NCBI GenBank assembly: GCA_009602725.1
Contig: WELB01000008.1
Coordinates: 1,050,720 to 1,114,719, forward strand
Length of the DNA: 64,000 bases
Reading direction: 5' to 3'
From: Spirogloea muscicola
Taxonomy: Eukaryota
Positions 11,690 to 24,300 of the stretch are shown piece by piece; positions within the stretch are counted from its first letter, which is position 1, and every line of letters begins with the position of its first letter. A program made the position numbers and the translations under genes. Under the pieces are notes generated by a model. The model had not been told where the DNA came from. It did no database searches and was given only the letters and a program-made list of their open reading frames with translations.

Positions 11690-14327
11690 ATGGCCGCCTG
11701 CCCGGCCGCCACAGCCGCCGCCGCCGCGGCGCCGGCCGACGGGCTCGCAGCTCAGGCTGGTCGTCAGGCTGCAGCGGCTGCGGCGCAGCAGTTCAAGTCG
11801 CGACTCTTGGTCCCGCGGTCTTCCCAGCAGGTGTGCCGCTGGCTGCCTGGTTGCGCTCGGCGGCCGCTCCCTATTGCATGACGACAGCTTTGATTCCGCT
11901 CGTCGGCCGGCGACCGCGGGCCAATGGAGGCGCGATATTGCGAGTTCCGTGCATTCTCCACCTGCCGAGAATGGCAGTAATCGTAGCGCTGCACGAATGC
12001 TTAGGCTCAGAGACCTGTGAGAGCGACAGTGACTTAGTCGCTACCACGAGAAACAGCGTCGCTCATAATCAATTGCTGGTGCTGGGGATGATCAGGTCCG
12101 GCCACGAAGAGGCAGTTCGTCCATTTCTTCTGGCAAGGGATCAATGAGCGTGCCACTTGCACCAGTCCTGCGATCGATCCAGGACAATCGAGCATGCCCC
12201 GCGGAGCAGATCAGGCTGATAGCGACTGACGTCGATGGGACTCTTTTGGATTCAAAGCAGGAGCTCAGTGAACGCAACGTGCGAGCTCTGCGACTTGCTA
12301 TGGATCAAGGAGTGCAGGTGAAGTGGATGAATTTTGTTCTTCACAAGGAGCCACTTACTGTTGCCATTAGCTCTCTGTTGAATGGCCTTGTGCTTGCTGG
12401 CATATTAGCGAAGCTGGTTTGGCAAAGCTGCTCTTATGGAATTACCTGCCATATTGTGACCCTGTCATCTACGTGGCAGGTTGTCATTGCAACTGGCAAA
12501 ACCAGGGGGCCTTGGGTATCCTCAGTTTTGCCGAGATTAGGAATCTCAACTCCTGGCGTTTACCTCCAGGTGATAGTGACATCTATTAATATAAGTGAAA
12601 CTTATCAGGATGCTTCAACTTCACTGCCTGGATTATCCAGAAGTTGCCATATCCTCTCTAATCAGACGATATGGCGACTACGCAATGATGTGTCTGGCTC
12701 CATTGTGTGTCATGCGGACGACCAGTGATGCTGCTAAATCATAGTCATCGATGCAAACTGCCCTTGACTTGTCACATCAGCATGTCTGATGTATTGTCCC
12801 CTCCATTTACACTGTCCCCTTACCAGGGACTGCTCATATACAATGCAGATGGCTCAGTTGCATATGAGCGAACAATGGATGAAGCTCTTGCGAAGGCTGT
12901 GATTAAGCTTGCTCAACAGGAAAATCTTACCCTGGTTGCTTGTTGTGGTGAGCGGATGTGAGTGTTGACAATTTCTGCATGCTGTCCTGCGGACGCGGGA
13001 ATTATGAATTTTAGTCTTGTCACAGTTGTATATGGCTCTTGGCATTGCTAGAACAACAGGTCTATCTTTCAGCTACAGTAGGCTGGTGCTCGCTGTTCTG
13101 CAGGATACATTGCCAAGTCCTGATTGCAACTCTCTTTTGACTGCAGTCTATGCGAAGCAACAAACTTTCACACTGATCGCTTGATTGGATATGGTGAACC
13201 CATTCCCGAGGCTGTGGGCCCTTTACTCAACATCGTTGGTAGCTTGGTAATACACAAGGTCAGTGGTCTTGCAATAAAGGCTCCTGATACTCATGGAATA
13301 ACGTGATACTGGGCTGGTCATGACAAGTTCTCAGCATTTGGAATTGACAGTATGTGAAGCCCTGCAATGACCTTGTGGTGATTTGTGCAAGCCTGGAGCA
13401 TCTCAAAGTCTAGGTCTGTGATGACTTTTGCTTATTCAAGTTCATTGAGTATCTCGGCCAAGTCTGCTTGCTTGAGAGACATGTCCGACAAGCAACAAGC
13501 AGTAGTTGTGCTTGTAGTTGTTGACATATTCAATCATCAAAGGAAATCGAAGTGCGGGCAAGGCAATGATGACTGATTGCATAAGGTGCTCTGAAAATCT
13601 AGGATGTCAACAGATCTTCCACCTTCTGAAGCCTTGCCTGCTACTCTTGATAGTTGCAGTCGAGTAGTCACATTGCCAAGTCTCGCCTTCATACCGAATC
13701 TGTGCATTGTTGCTGATAGGACTGTAACCAAATTATTCATACTCAATCCGGTGGTTATGCTGCAGCTGCTGTTCATGTCCAGCGATGACACTCTGGCTCG
13801 ATTGAGGCCACAAATAGAGCTTGTGCTGGGAGACAAAGCAACACTTGTAACAGCTCTGCATGGAATGCTTGAGGTTCTACCAGCTGGTGCTTCTAAAGGC
13901 CGCGGCCTGGCACAGGTTCTTGCTGACCTTGGCATTGACCAAGGCAATGTCATGGCAATAGGAGATGGTAGGTGTACCTGCCTTACACAGGTTCCCCACA
14001 GTGGGTTCCTGGAGATGCAAGCACATGTCACACAGGATGTCTCGAACGGCTGGCAGCAATGAATCGATTTCATGTGCAAGCAACATAGTCTTGAAACATT
14101 GGGCTGCGACAACAACCGCTTCCGGCCTCCTCCAGCCACTAATTAGAAGCTTTCGTTGATGCGCAGGGGAGAACGACATTGAAATGCTGAAGATGGCTGG
14201 CTTTGCTGTGGCCATGGGCAACGCAGTAGAAGCACTCAAAAAAGTTGCACATCATGTCACTTTGACTAATGACAAAGATGGACTAGCTGTGGCTGTGGAG
14301 CAGTTTGTTCTGACTCCAGGTCAATAA
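11690..14327 (+). CDS. Cof-like HAD-superfamily hydrolase (subfamily IIB)
   Basis: Motif I ATDVDGTLL, motif II VIATGKTR, LEVLPAGASKG, AIGDG|ENDIEML...VAMGNA...TNDKDG; start uncertain (11690 or 12144). Confidence 0.88.
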
Positions 14328-14612
14328 CGCTGAGAGGAAAAGGTTGGAGACGTTTTGGGCTCTCAAAGCCCTCCTATACTCAGGTCACGGTAATTTGCAT
14401 GAATAAGTATGCGAGTGTCTTTCTTTCCAGTGTAGGGCCCACATCCAAAGCTCATGAAGGTGCAGGTTCCTGTATATCAACCCTTCAGTGCTTGACCAAG
14501 AGAAGCTGCCAACGGCAAGATGACTATAAACATGTCAGGCCACCAATCTCCTGCCGCTGTGAAGTCAAAAAGCAGCATCTGATGTCGTGGTCGTTGAGCC
14601 TAAACACTCCTT

Positions 14613-17600
14613 TCAGCAAGGAAGGGTCCAATCAGTAGGATCGAGGTTGTTCTGTATCAGGTGCTCATTGATTGCTGCAAAAGGTCTGTTCTCTTCATCT
14701 GCAAGAAAAATGCAGGCAATCTCATCAATATATGCCCGCTTGATCCTTACAGAGTCCTCAATGCTTCGCAAAAGAATGTCAATGCTAGCCCTAGACCAAA
14801 AGAGGCATACAAGGCTGCAGTGTCTCTGTGATCACCTGCAAAGTTGTTCCTCAAATTGGCGGGCACTGGCTCCACAATGCATCTGTGCTTCTTGCCAGGG
14901 AGGTCCTTGACTTCATGGTCAAACTCCTGACAACAAGTACGGTGACAACCAGATATGGTCAGGGCCAGCAGGCTAACTGAGGGGTAAAGTGTGTGTCAGT
15001 AAGACCACGTCAAGACCAACAGGATCATCCACTTGATAAGCACTGTGCCTACTATTCTGGCAAGAATGATGCAGGCACATTTCACAATCATGCTGGGTAA
15101 CACATCTATACATAGTTGTTCATATTGCGTAGGCCAAGGAAGGACACGGAGTTTATCCGGCGGTTGCTTGTGCAGATTGCAGAGGATACTGACACAGTAC
15201 TGCATATCGGGTCAAGACAAAGCCAGTGGCATGAGACCTTGAACGTGTCTCGTACTATCCTGCTCTCGTGTGAGCCCCAAAAAGCAAAGGGGATGCAGCT
15301 GTGGTTGCGTGCAACAGTCTCCAGGATAGCCTTGCAGAAGGGAAGCCATAGTTCCCTGTTGGTGCTGCCCTCTGGCTCAATGCCCAGCGAAGAGGTCATA
15401 GCCATGTTAAGTAGGAGCACTCCCTGAATGCATGGCACAACGTGTATTATGAGGCTTCCTCGTGCAAATCATGGTCAAAGAACCCGTCTGCTTCCAACCA
15501 CAATGTCAAGCCGCCTATTAGCCACATGGATGTGATGGTACGCTCGGACCAGACCAGGTGTCAGATGGTGGCTGCACTCGAAATACTTGCCTGTGAGGCC
15601 CACGGGGAAAGATCTCCAGAGGCAGGAACTCTCCACTCCCTTCCAAGCTCCAGTGTATGCAGTCTCAGTGCCTCAAGTATGTACCCCAAGTCTTGGACAT
15701 AGTAGGAGTTCAATCTGTACTGCGGATGCAATGAGTGTGCCGAGCCAGTCCCGCAGGGAAGTGCATCAGAGTACGCCACATATTTGAAGACCAGAAATGT
15801 CCTGGCCAATGTGCTGGCTGACAACTTCGTCAACCCTTCTGTTGTTGCCATTCTGCTGGCCTTATTTGTGCAACTGGCTGTGGAGTGACCACGTCAAAGC
15901 ACTCACTTTGACATGATAAGATTGACTGGCAAAGGCTGGATGGTATGACTCACAGAGAATGGCACGCATAAATTAGGCTCAGCAATGTGAGGTGAAGCAC
16001 ACACTACCTCAGGATTGGAGAAGGCAAGGCCATCCCCGAAGTTATCCTTACTCTGGGTCTTTGTCCTGTCATGAGGGACTTGAGGTACTGTTAGTGAACG
16101 ATCTGTGTGGCTACACAAGCACACGAAGGTAGCTCTGGACGACATCCAAACAGTATGCGTTGTCTATGTCCAGTTTCCCTTTGCTGCTTGTATGACATAC
16201 TGAGGGGCCTCCTTTTCAAGGGATGCTCAGAAGCGTCTGGGATACCCAATGATTACGGCGCGCACATTCGACAAGGGGCATAACTCCAGAGCCCGGAAAA
16301 TCTTTTCTTTCCTGCCAGATGAATATCAGTCTATGGTCAGTTTTCATCAGACCCCGGGCTTAAGTCAGGATGCTCAATGATCATGGTCGTCCACATCAGA
16401 GAGTATTGTACAGCATGCTGCTATTCGTAGAGCTATGGCCTCGGCAGGCAGCTCAATGGACCGCAGTTCTTGCCTGGGAGTCACCTGCCCACCACGGGCC
16501 CATATCTCTCCAAGTTCATGACTGATCTTGGACAGTGCTGCTGTATAGCCAGCTCGATGCTGCATTGCATGTCTCCAGTCCTTGGGGATCAACTCCTCCA
16601 GTCGTGCTGGGTCGCAAGATGGGACAAGGACTTGTCCCCCAAGATGATGGCTATTAGCATCTTGTTCACGCGAATCTCTGTCCTCTTCATGATGGTATGT
16701 CGTCGGTTTTAAGGAACTTCCTTCACTGTAGTTGTTGTCAAGCGCAGACGACTCAGCCAGCTCACTGGGGCAACCTTCCTGCTCCCCTCCAGATAACTCC
16801 ATTGAAGATTGCCAAGCCTTCCCTTCTGAGTGCAATGGCAGTGCAACTGTTTCCGTGGATGCTGTGGCTAATCCACCATCAGTATCTCCAATTGCGTTCC
16901 CTGCCCCCAGCTGTGAGGTCGCTGCCTCTGGGCCCACCGGCGACGCCGCCTCTAACAGAGTGTCCTCTATTGGCGCAGCTGCAGGGTCCGCAACAGGCTT
17001 AGCACCATCTATCAGCTCGTTACCAGAAGCGGGAAGGCGAGCTGGTTCTGTCCAGCCCGGGTTGCCCGAGAGAAAGACGCCGCCAGTGGCAGCATCTCCT
17101 CCTTGCGAAGAGCCGAAGTGGCCCAGTCGCCAGGAGTCACCGGCGACAAACGACTGAAGGCGGGGTGGCATGGCTTCCAGCGACGATAGCTCCTCAATGC
17201 CACGCAGGCCAATGCGGTTGCTGCTCAGGTGCAACCACAGCGGCTGCAGCGGCCCCTGCCTCTGCCTGACCACAGAGGCCAGGGCTAGAGCTCCAGCATC
17301 CCCAATCTCATTCAGACTAAGCTCCAAGACCTGGAGCCTGTGATAGCCACAGAGAAGCAACAGAAGTAAGCAGGCAAGGGGCAAACACATGGCTCTTTTG
17401 CTCTCTGGCATGAAGATACGCTCAGTATTTTCCATAAAGATTACACTGAATTTCTCAAATAGTATAGCAGACACTTATGGGGCTCTCTGGCCCAGGGAGG
17501 AACCTTACGGCAGGCCAGCTCTGACGGCCTCTGAAACAGATATGGCTGCACTGTCCCCTAGCGCGTTGCCATACAGATACAGTGCCTGCTCAGCGAAATT

Positions 17601-19207
17601 GCACCCGTAAGCCGGGCAATTTAAAGGTTCAAACGAATTTCCATTGCAACAGTTCACTTCAGGACTTGCACACTGCTGCCGCCTGTGCTAATTTTATTCA
17701 GGCAGTATCAAGTCAAAATCACAGACTCTAGAATCTGTTGTGTAACAATCATCTGACTACCGCAAGCTTTCTCCGGCCTTGCAGGTCTTGCAGTGCAATC
17801 TGGGTGAAGCTCAAACACCCAGATTGCACTGCAAGACCTGCAAGGCCGGAGAAAGCACACAAGAGTCCTGCAAATGCTCGAGAGCAGCAACCTGCTACCT
17901 TAGGCAGCCTCGACCTAGGAGCTCAGTGACTGCTCAATGCTGAGTCGGTGGAATTACCTTCAAGGACATGCTGCCAACCACACATTGCATCAGCATAGCA
18001 ACGTCGGCGTCCGACAACCCATTGCAGGACATGTTTAGGACCTGACAGATTGGAAGAGGAAAGACAACGGAGCACTGCGAGGGTCAGCACAGGTACCATA
18101 AATTGGTCCGTTGCTGCTTTAGTCAACATGCACAGAGAGGAATATATGCCATACGGTCCATTCAACAAATTCATCAAAGTGCTGATCCCATTTGCGTGGC
18201 CAAGTCTTTGAGAGGGCTAAGCACAGCACTGGGCCCCTCATCAGTCTCGCTTTCCAACCTTGGTCTCAAGGCTTCATGCGCATCTGCCAAAGTGCATGAA
18301 AATGTTCGCTGCAATGCACCTTTGCTTATGGAGGAAAGTCTCCAGGTGCGCCACAAACCTGCAGGGAGCGGTTGCGAGACAGTGCATCGGCCAGCGGCTC
18401 GAGGAAGCCCACATTGGCGCCCGAGTGTGTGCCCAAGTCATTACCCTGAACTCCAGGACACACACAGGCCAGAGCACCCACAATGAGGCAACGGGCAGCG
18501 CAGTCGCTAACGATACAAAGTCCTTCACGGGGTATGGAGGACGACTCAGATGCCCTCACATCTGGGACAGACATGTGACCAGCAATGTCCGTCGAGCCCG
18601 TCCGCGTCATGATCGTCAGCGACGGTGTCAACAACACCAGACTCTGTCCACTCGACTGTATCCACCGTTGCACGTCAGGCTTGGGCCTGCAGCTGAGCAT
18701 GCTGCGTAGATGGTCGGTCACCAGGGCCAGAGTGCTGGACCTGGAGGTGCAGCGCCGTGAGGGTCTCGCTCTCGGCGACCGCCTCGCAGAGGTCGCTCCA
18801 GCGGCGGACTGCCTTCTGCCAAAACCCGTCGTGGTCGCCGGTGCTCGTCTCTCGAGGCTCCAGACCGCCTTCGAGCGTCAGGCTGTCGCTAGCCGCGGCT
18901 GAGCTGCTGCGCCACAGCGCCATGAGTGGGAAGAGCTTGTAGCGGAGGTCGACCACTGTCTGCGAGCTCCACGTTGCGGCGGAGCATCAGACCATGGCCT
19001 TCTCCGAGCACGACTCGTACGCACGGACAATGGCGTCAGCTCATCAGAGCACGTCAGACAGTCCGAGAGGCGCGCGCGACGCACCGCATTGCCGGATTGG
19101 AGCGTCTGCACGGCCTCGGACAGCGCAGCTTGGGCCTTGGCCAGCGGCAGCGCGTCGCCGGCGGCGTCGGCGGCGTCTCCGGCGGCGGCGGCGTTGGCGG
19201 CGGCGGC
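14613..19207 (-). CDS. Ribonuclease-inhibitor-like LRR protein fused to a C-terminal family-1 uracil-DNA glycosylase-like domain with degenerate catalytic motifs; 5' end in N gap
   Basis: LRRs: LHLQ|GNDLG...LADALSRNRSLQ|ALYLYGNALGD...P|LQVLELSLNEIGDAGALALA...LHLSSNRIG. The same large exon (16474-17338) runs into LIPKDWR...VTPR|KEKIFRALELCPLSNVRAVIIG, then GLAFS, GDLSPWASQ|GVLLLN, FAFWG, PFAAINEHL...PTDWTLPC*. Confidence 0.8.
17766..17856. repeat. Perfect 41-bp inverted repeat with 9-nt loop inside an intron
   Basis: 17766-17806 gctttctccggccttgcaggtcttgcagtgcaatctgggtg is the exact reverse complement of 17816-17856. Confidence 0.95.
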
Positions 19208-19659
19208 NNNNNNNNNNNNNNNNNNNNNNNNNNNNNNNNNNNNNNNNNNNNNNNNNNNNNNNNNNNNNNNNNNNNNNNNNNNNNNNNNNNNNNNNNNNNN
19301 NNNNNNNNNNNNNNNNNNNNNNNNNNNNNNNNNNNNNNNNNNNNNNNNNNNNNNNNNNNNNNNNNNNNNNNNNNNNNNNNNNNNNNNNNNNNNNNNNNNN
19401 NNNNNNNNNNNNNNNNNNNNNNNNNNNNNNNNNNNNNNNNNNNNNNNNNNNNNNNNNNNNNNNNNNNNNNNNNNNNNNNNNNNNNNNNNNNNNNNNNNNN
19501 NNNNNNNNNNNNNNNNNNNNNNNNNNNNNNNNNNNNNNNNNNNNNNNNNNNNNNNNNNNNNNNNNNNNNNNNNNNNNNNNNNNNNNNNNNNNNNNNNNNN
19601 NNNNNNNNNNNNNNNNNNNNNNNNNNNNNNNNNNNNNNNNNNNNNNNNNNNNNNNNNNN

Positions 19660-21011
19660 GCGGCGACGCTGGAGACGGGGCACAGCGACGCGGTGCACGA
19701 CGCGGCGGTGGACTACTACGGCAAGCGCCTGGCGACGGCGTCGTCGGACCGCACCGTGAAGGTGTTCGCGCTCGGCGGCGGCGGCGGCAGCGGCGGCGCG
19801 GTGGCGGAGCTGGCGGGGCACGACGGGCCGGTGTGGCAGGTGGCCTGGGCGCACCCGCGCTTCGGCGCGCTCCTGGCGTCCGCCTCGTACGACCGCCGCG
19901 TCGTGCTCTGGAAGGAGGCCGCGCCCGGCCAGTGGACGCAGGCCCAGGTCCGCCGCCGCCGCCGCTGCCGCTCTGGCGGCTTTCCTCACGTCGCCTGCCG
20001 CCGGCTTGGTTATCGACGAGGACCCACATCCACGACTCGATCCACACTGGTTAGAATGTGCGACCTTGCCTGAGGTATCTGAATGCCAAGCTTGGTCCGC
20101 CATGGCCCTCGTGCAGGTGTTCCAGGAGCACGACGCGAGCGTGAATGGCATCGACTGGGCGCCGCAGGAGCTGGGCCTCTGCCTCGCCGCCGCCTCGTCC
20201 GACGGCTCCATCTCCGTGCTCACCGCCCGGCCGGACGGCGGCTGGGACCGCGCCAAGATCTCCCAGGCGCACCCCGTCGGCGTCACCTCCGTGTCCTGGG
20301 CGCCCGCCGCCGCCCCCGGGTCCCTCATCGGCGCCCCCGCCTCCACGCCCGTCCAGAAGTTCGCCTCCGGCGGCTGCGACAACACCGTCCGGTGAGCGAG
20401 CGGGAAAACACCTGGTCCTCTTCGCCACTCCCTTGTGGCTCGTGCGACGGCTTGCGGCGGACACGGGACCCTCCAATGAGAGCCGGTGGTGGAGACTGGC
20501 GACGTTGCTCCATGTTCAATGGGGCAGCATACTCATGCTCTGCCCCATTGCAGGGTGTGGAAGCTCTCGGACGGGAGCTGGAAGATGGACTGCTTCCCGC
20601 CGCTGACCAAGCACACGGACTGGGTTCGCGACGTCGCCTGGGCGCCCAATCTCGGCCTGCCCAAGAACACCATCGCCAGCGTTTCGCAGGATGGCACCGT
20701 CGTCATCTGGACCCAGGTAAGGCTACAGCTGTGCGATCCCATCATCTGGGCACGGCTCGGATGCCACTCAGCAGGGGCTCTGTCGCTCTGTCCTGACCAC
20801 AGTACTATTGGCCACCGTCTGCTGTGCTTGTCAGGGCAAGGAGGGCGACCAATGGGTCCCGATCCTGCTGCACGACTTCAAGACGCCCGTGTGGCGCGTC
20901 AGCTGGTCACTCACGGGCAACATCCTCGCGGTCGCGGACGCGAGCAATGCCGTCACGCTATGGAAGGAGGCTCTTGACGGCGAGTGGGGCCAGGTCACGA
21001 CAGTCACCTGA
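19660..21011 (+). CDS. SEC13: COPII/nuclear pore WD40 protein SEC13; start codon in N gap
   Basis: ETGHSDAVHDAAVDYYGKRLATASSDRTVKVF, GHDGPVWQVAWAHPRFG, HTDWVRDVAWAPNLGLPK, WRVSWSLTGNILAVAD. Confidence 0.96.
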
Positions 21012-21356
21012 GTCTGCTGTAATAGCAGGTTTTCCATGAGAGTCAGAGTCACTCTGCAGCCAGAGCTTGAACAAGCCCACAGGTCACATAGAACGCGCTG
21101 GACTCAGCCTGGCCTGTGAGAGCCCTGTCAGTTGTTTTGCGCCTGTCGCTTGACGCTGGGAGGAGCCAATGCCGCAGCTATGACCAATATTGGCACTGGT
21201 GCCTAGCGCGGGGTACTCGCTTGCCACTGTTGGTGTGCAAGCACCTTAGTCGGCCTGAGCAGTCTGCGAAGCTCTGACAAGCAGGTGTAATCTGAGACGG
21301 CTTCCTGTGGTAAGCTGAGACGTATATACTAATCACAGTGGCCCATGTTGGGGGCG

Positions 21357-24300
21357 CTATGGGGAATTTGTGAAGATTTTACTGCGCTGCCTCAGTTCCG
21401 CAAGCGTTGGGAGCTTGGCGCCGCACCCGCCATCTTTCTCTGCGCATTTGCGCCGGCTGCTGTCCCACACCTTCCCACACCCGCACTGCTTCCTGTACTT
21501 GCCATCATCGCCAAGTACAAGCGCACCGAGCTCCGGCCCTGTTTGGGCTGCTCCACCTTCTCTGCTTTCCGCAACTGCATGCATGCTCGCGGAAATGGGG
21601 CTTTGCTCATCGGCCTCCGATATTGAGCCCGGCGCTTCTCCTTCGAGCTTCTCCATGGCTTCCGGCTGCTCTGAGGCCTCAGAGGCCTCCATCTTGCTCC
21701 ATTCCCCTGGATTGCTGTTCATAGTGGGCGGCGCAATGCTTCCTGCGCCATCCTGCGCCTGCTCGATCCTGTGAAGCGATGAGTAGTCGTTCCTGAGGAC
21801 AAGCTTATCCGCCGTCTCTTCCTCTTGCAACCACTGGATGACGGCTGATGCCGGAGCCGTGAACATGCCCGGCGAGTCAGTTTCTGTGAATGGGGCTCCA
21901 AGATTGCACAGCTCTGCAGCTGCAACGGTCGGCGGGTGGCATGTGAATCTCAGCAAGGGTATGAGAGAAGCAACAAGTCCTCACAGAGGCCTCTGATTGT
22001 CAAGTGCTTGTACGTGAAGATCTATGGTCGTCCAGCCCAGTACCATTGTTGGCGCAAAGCAACAGAATACCCACACAAGACAAAGAAACATAGTGACTAA
22101 AGCACGCAGGCACATGAGGACGCGCAACAATACCAGTCAAGCTGCGTGGCTGCCAATTAGCGATCGTGACAACAGCAAGTGCGAGCAGGTCATTGCGTTG
22201 CCAGTCAGAGCATAAGCACAAACTAGCACAGAGGTGGGAGTGTACCAACTGCAGCTCGAAGGGGACCCACAGCACCACCTTGCACAGGCTTGCCCCTGCC
22301 TGTGCTGATCTCTAGCAACTCCGGCAGGTCACCTTGCCCACTCAAGGAGCGGAGCCAATTGTAGAGAGCCACACGGCCTGCCCCAGTCGATAAGGAGGCC
22401 AGCCTCAAATGTTCCATACCTGCGACCACGGACTTTGGGTTGTCTGTCAGGCCACTATGTTTTGCCAACTGATTATTAAGAAGCAGAAGTGATACATATC
22501 AGACAACTATCCATATAACAAAGACCATGACATGTAGACGCACTAGCAACAAGATAAGCAAGCAGGTGTTGCAATCTATGCATCGAGTATCAATCGGTCC
22601 TGATGCATCGTGCTAATGACTGTGCTAACATACAATTATGAAAAGCTTTCAGCAGATACCTTGCTCATCAAGCTGGGCAAAGATGCCGGACTCCAGTCCT
22701 TGACTGAGCAGGTGCTCTGCTCGTTTCCGCAGGCCAAGGTGCCAGAGGGCATCCAAGGTGGAGTTCACCAGAGGCAGGACACTGCCTCCATCGACAAGAT
22801 CCACAATCTGTGCCAGCAGCTGGGCGCTGCTCGGGCCCTGCTCTGAGGAGGATGTCAGGTATTCATGAAGGTCGGCCGATAGTCTCTTGATGCAAGAGAG
22901 GACATGGAGACAATCCTTGCCGGTCCGACAGAGTGAGAGCGACCACAGCAGGCACTGAAGAATGAAATAGTCATTGACGCCAACATCCTGCACCCGATGC
23001 CATCAGCATAGCAAGTCATTATGCAGCAATAAGAATGCCCTTCAAAGTGCAGTATTCTATATCCTTCCATTTCGCAGAGTCCTTAGAAGTCCATGATTAG
23101 TCGCAGTTGACTTCACAGATGTCCAGGCATAACGAGCACAGGCTGAAAGAGCCTGACACCTGTGAAAGGCTCGAAACAAGTTCCTCGATGGAGTCGAATC
23201 TGTAAGCCCTGGCATAGCCACGCACAATGACTGCGTACAGGGCTCCATCAGGTGTAGCTCCAATTGCCGCGAGGCTTCGCAGCGCTCGACCTACATCTGC
23301 ATCAGGTGCCAAGAATATGTGCCGAACGTGTACATCAATGTGAGCATTCCCAAATAATAGGTGTGCATCACTTGTCCACATTACCATGTACCATGTACAT
23401 GTATACCCCCAAACCCCAACATCTCTAACCCTGATCCCTATTCTAAAACTCAGATCGGACAACCACACTCCTGACCTTGCCTTACACAAAGCTGGTGAGA
23501 GGTACATAACAGAGGCACAAACATTGCACAACTGAGAAACGTCAGATGTGTCATGACCATGCTGCTCTCACTGTGCACTCCTGTTACACAGTCATTGCTA
23601 CCGATACAATCGACAGGCATATGGACTGCTTTACAATGAATGAAGCTTTTCTAGCCAGAAGCTAGTACCTGCAGGCCGACCCGCCTCTGCATATAGGCCC
23701 GCAAGGGCCCTGTAGGTGCCATCATTGGGCTTGACCTCCTTATCCAGCATCTGCTCATAGAGCGCAAATGCCTTCTCCAGGTCTCCCTTCTTGACCAGCA
23801 ACCGCATCGCAGAGTTGTAGAGGACAACATCACCCCTGACTTTGTGTTTACTCATGTGCTCCAGGAGAGCGAGGGCTTCGTCCGACCTGCCTTGCTTCTC
23901 AAAGGCGTGGAAGAGGATATTGAAGGTCACATGGTTGGGCTTGACGCCAGCCGCCTACACAACCAGCACAGTGCTCTTGTCAGTCTCGGCGTCTGATGAT
24001 TGGCTGATCCTGCTGATGGACTGCCTCTGTTGGCACCTGCCCACTTCAAGCGCCTGCTAATATACATATATTCACTGGAGCACGAAAGAAGAACGTACTA
24101 GCAGCTTAGCTGGTTGGGCAGGCTTGCTCTCTGTTATCGCTGACCAGAGACACTGGACAGGAGGTTTGACGTACTAGCATCTCGTTGAAGACACGATTGG
24201 CCTGGTGTGTCATGCCCTGCTTGCCAAAGATGTTGATCATAGTGTTGAAGGCGATGGTGTTGGGCAGGATCCCTGCCGCCTGCATTTCCCTGAAGGTGGA

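Noticed and set aside
19208..19659. Long ORFs spanning N runs (also 26029-26331 and 62092-62180)
   Set aside because: These ORFs come from translating Ns; the gaps coincide with GCC-rich gene starts
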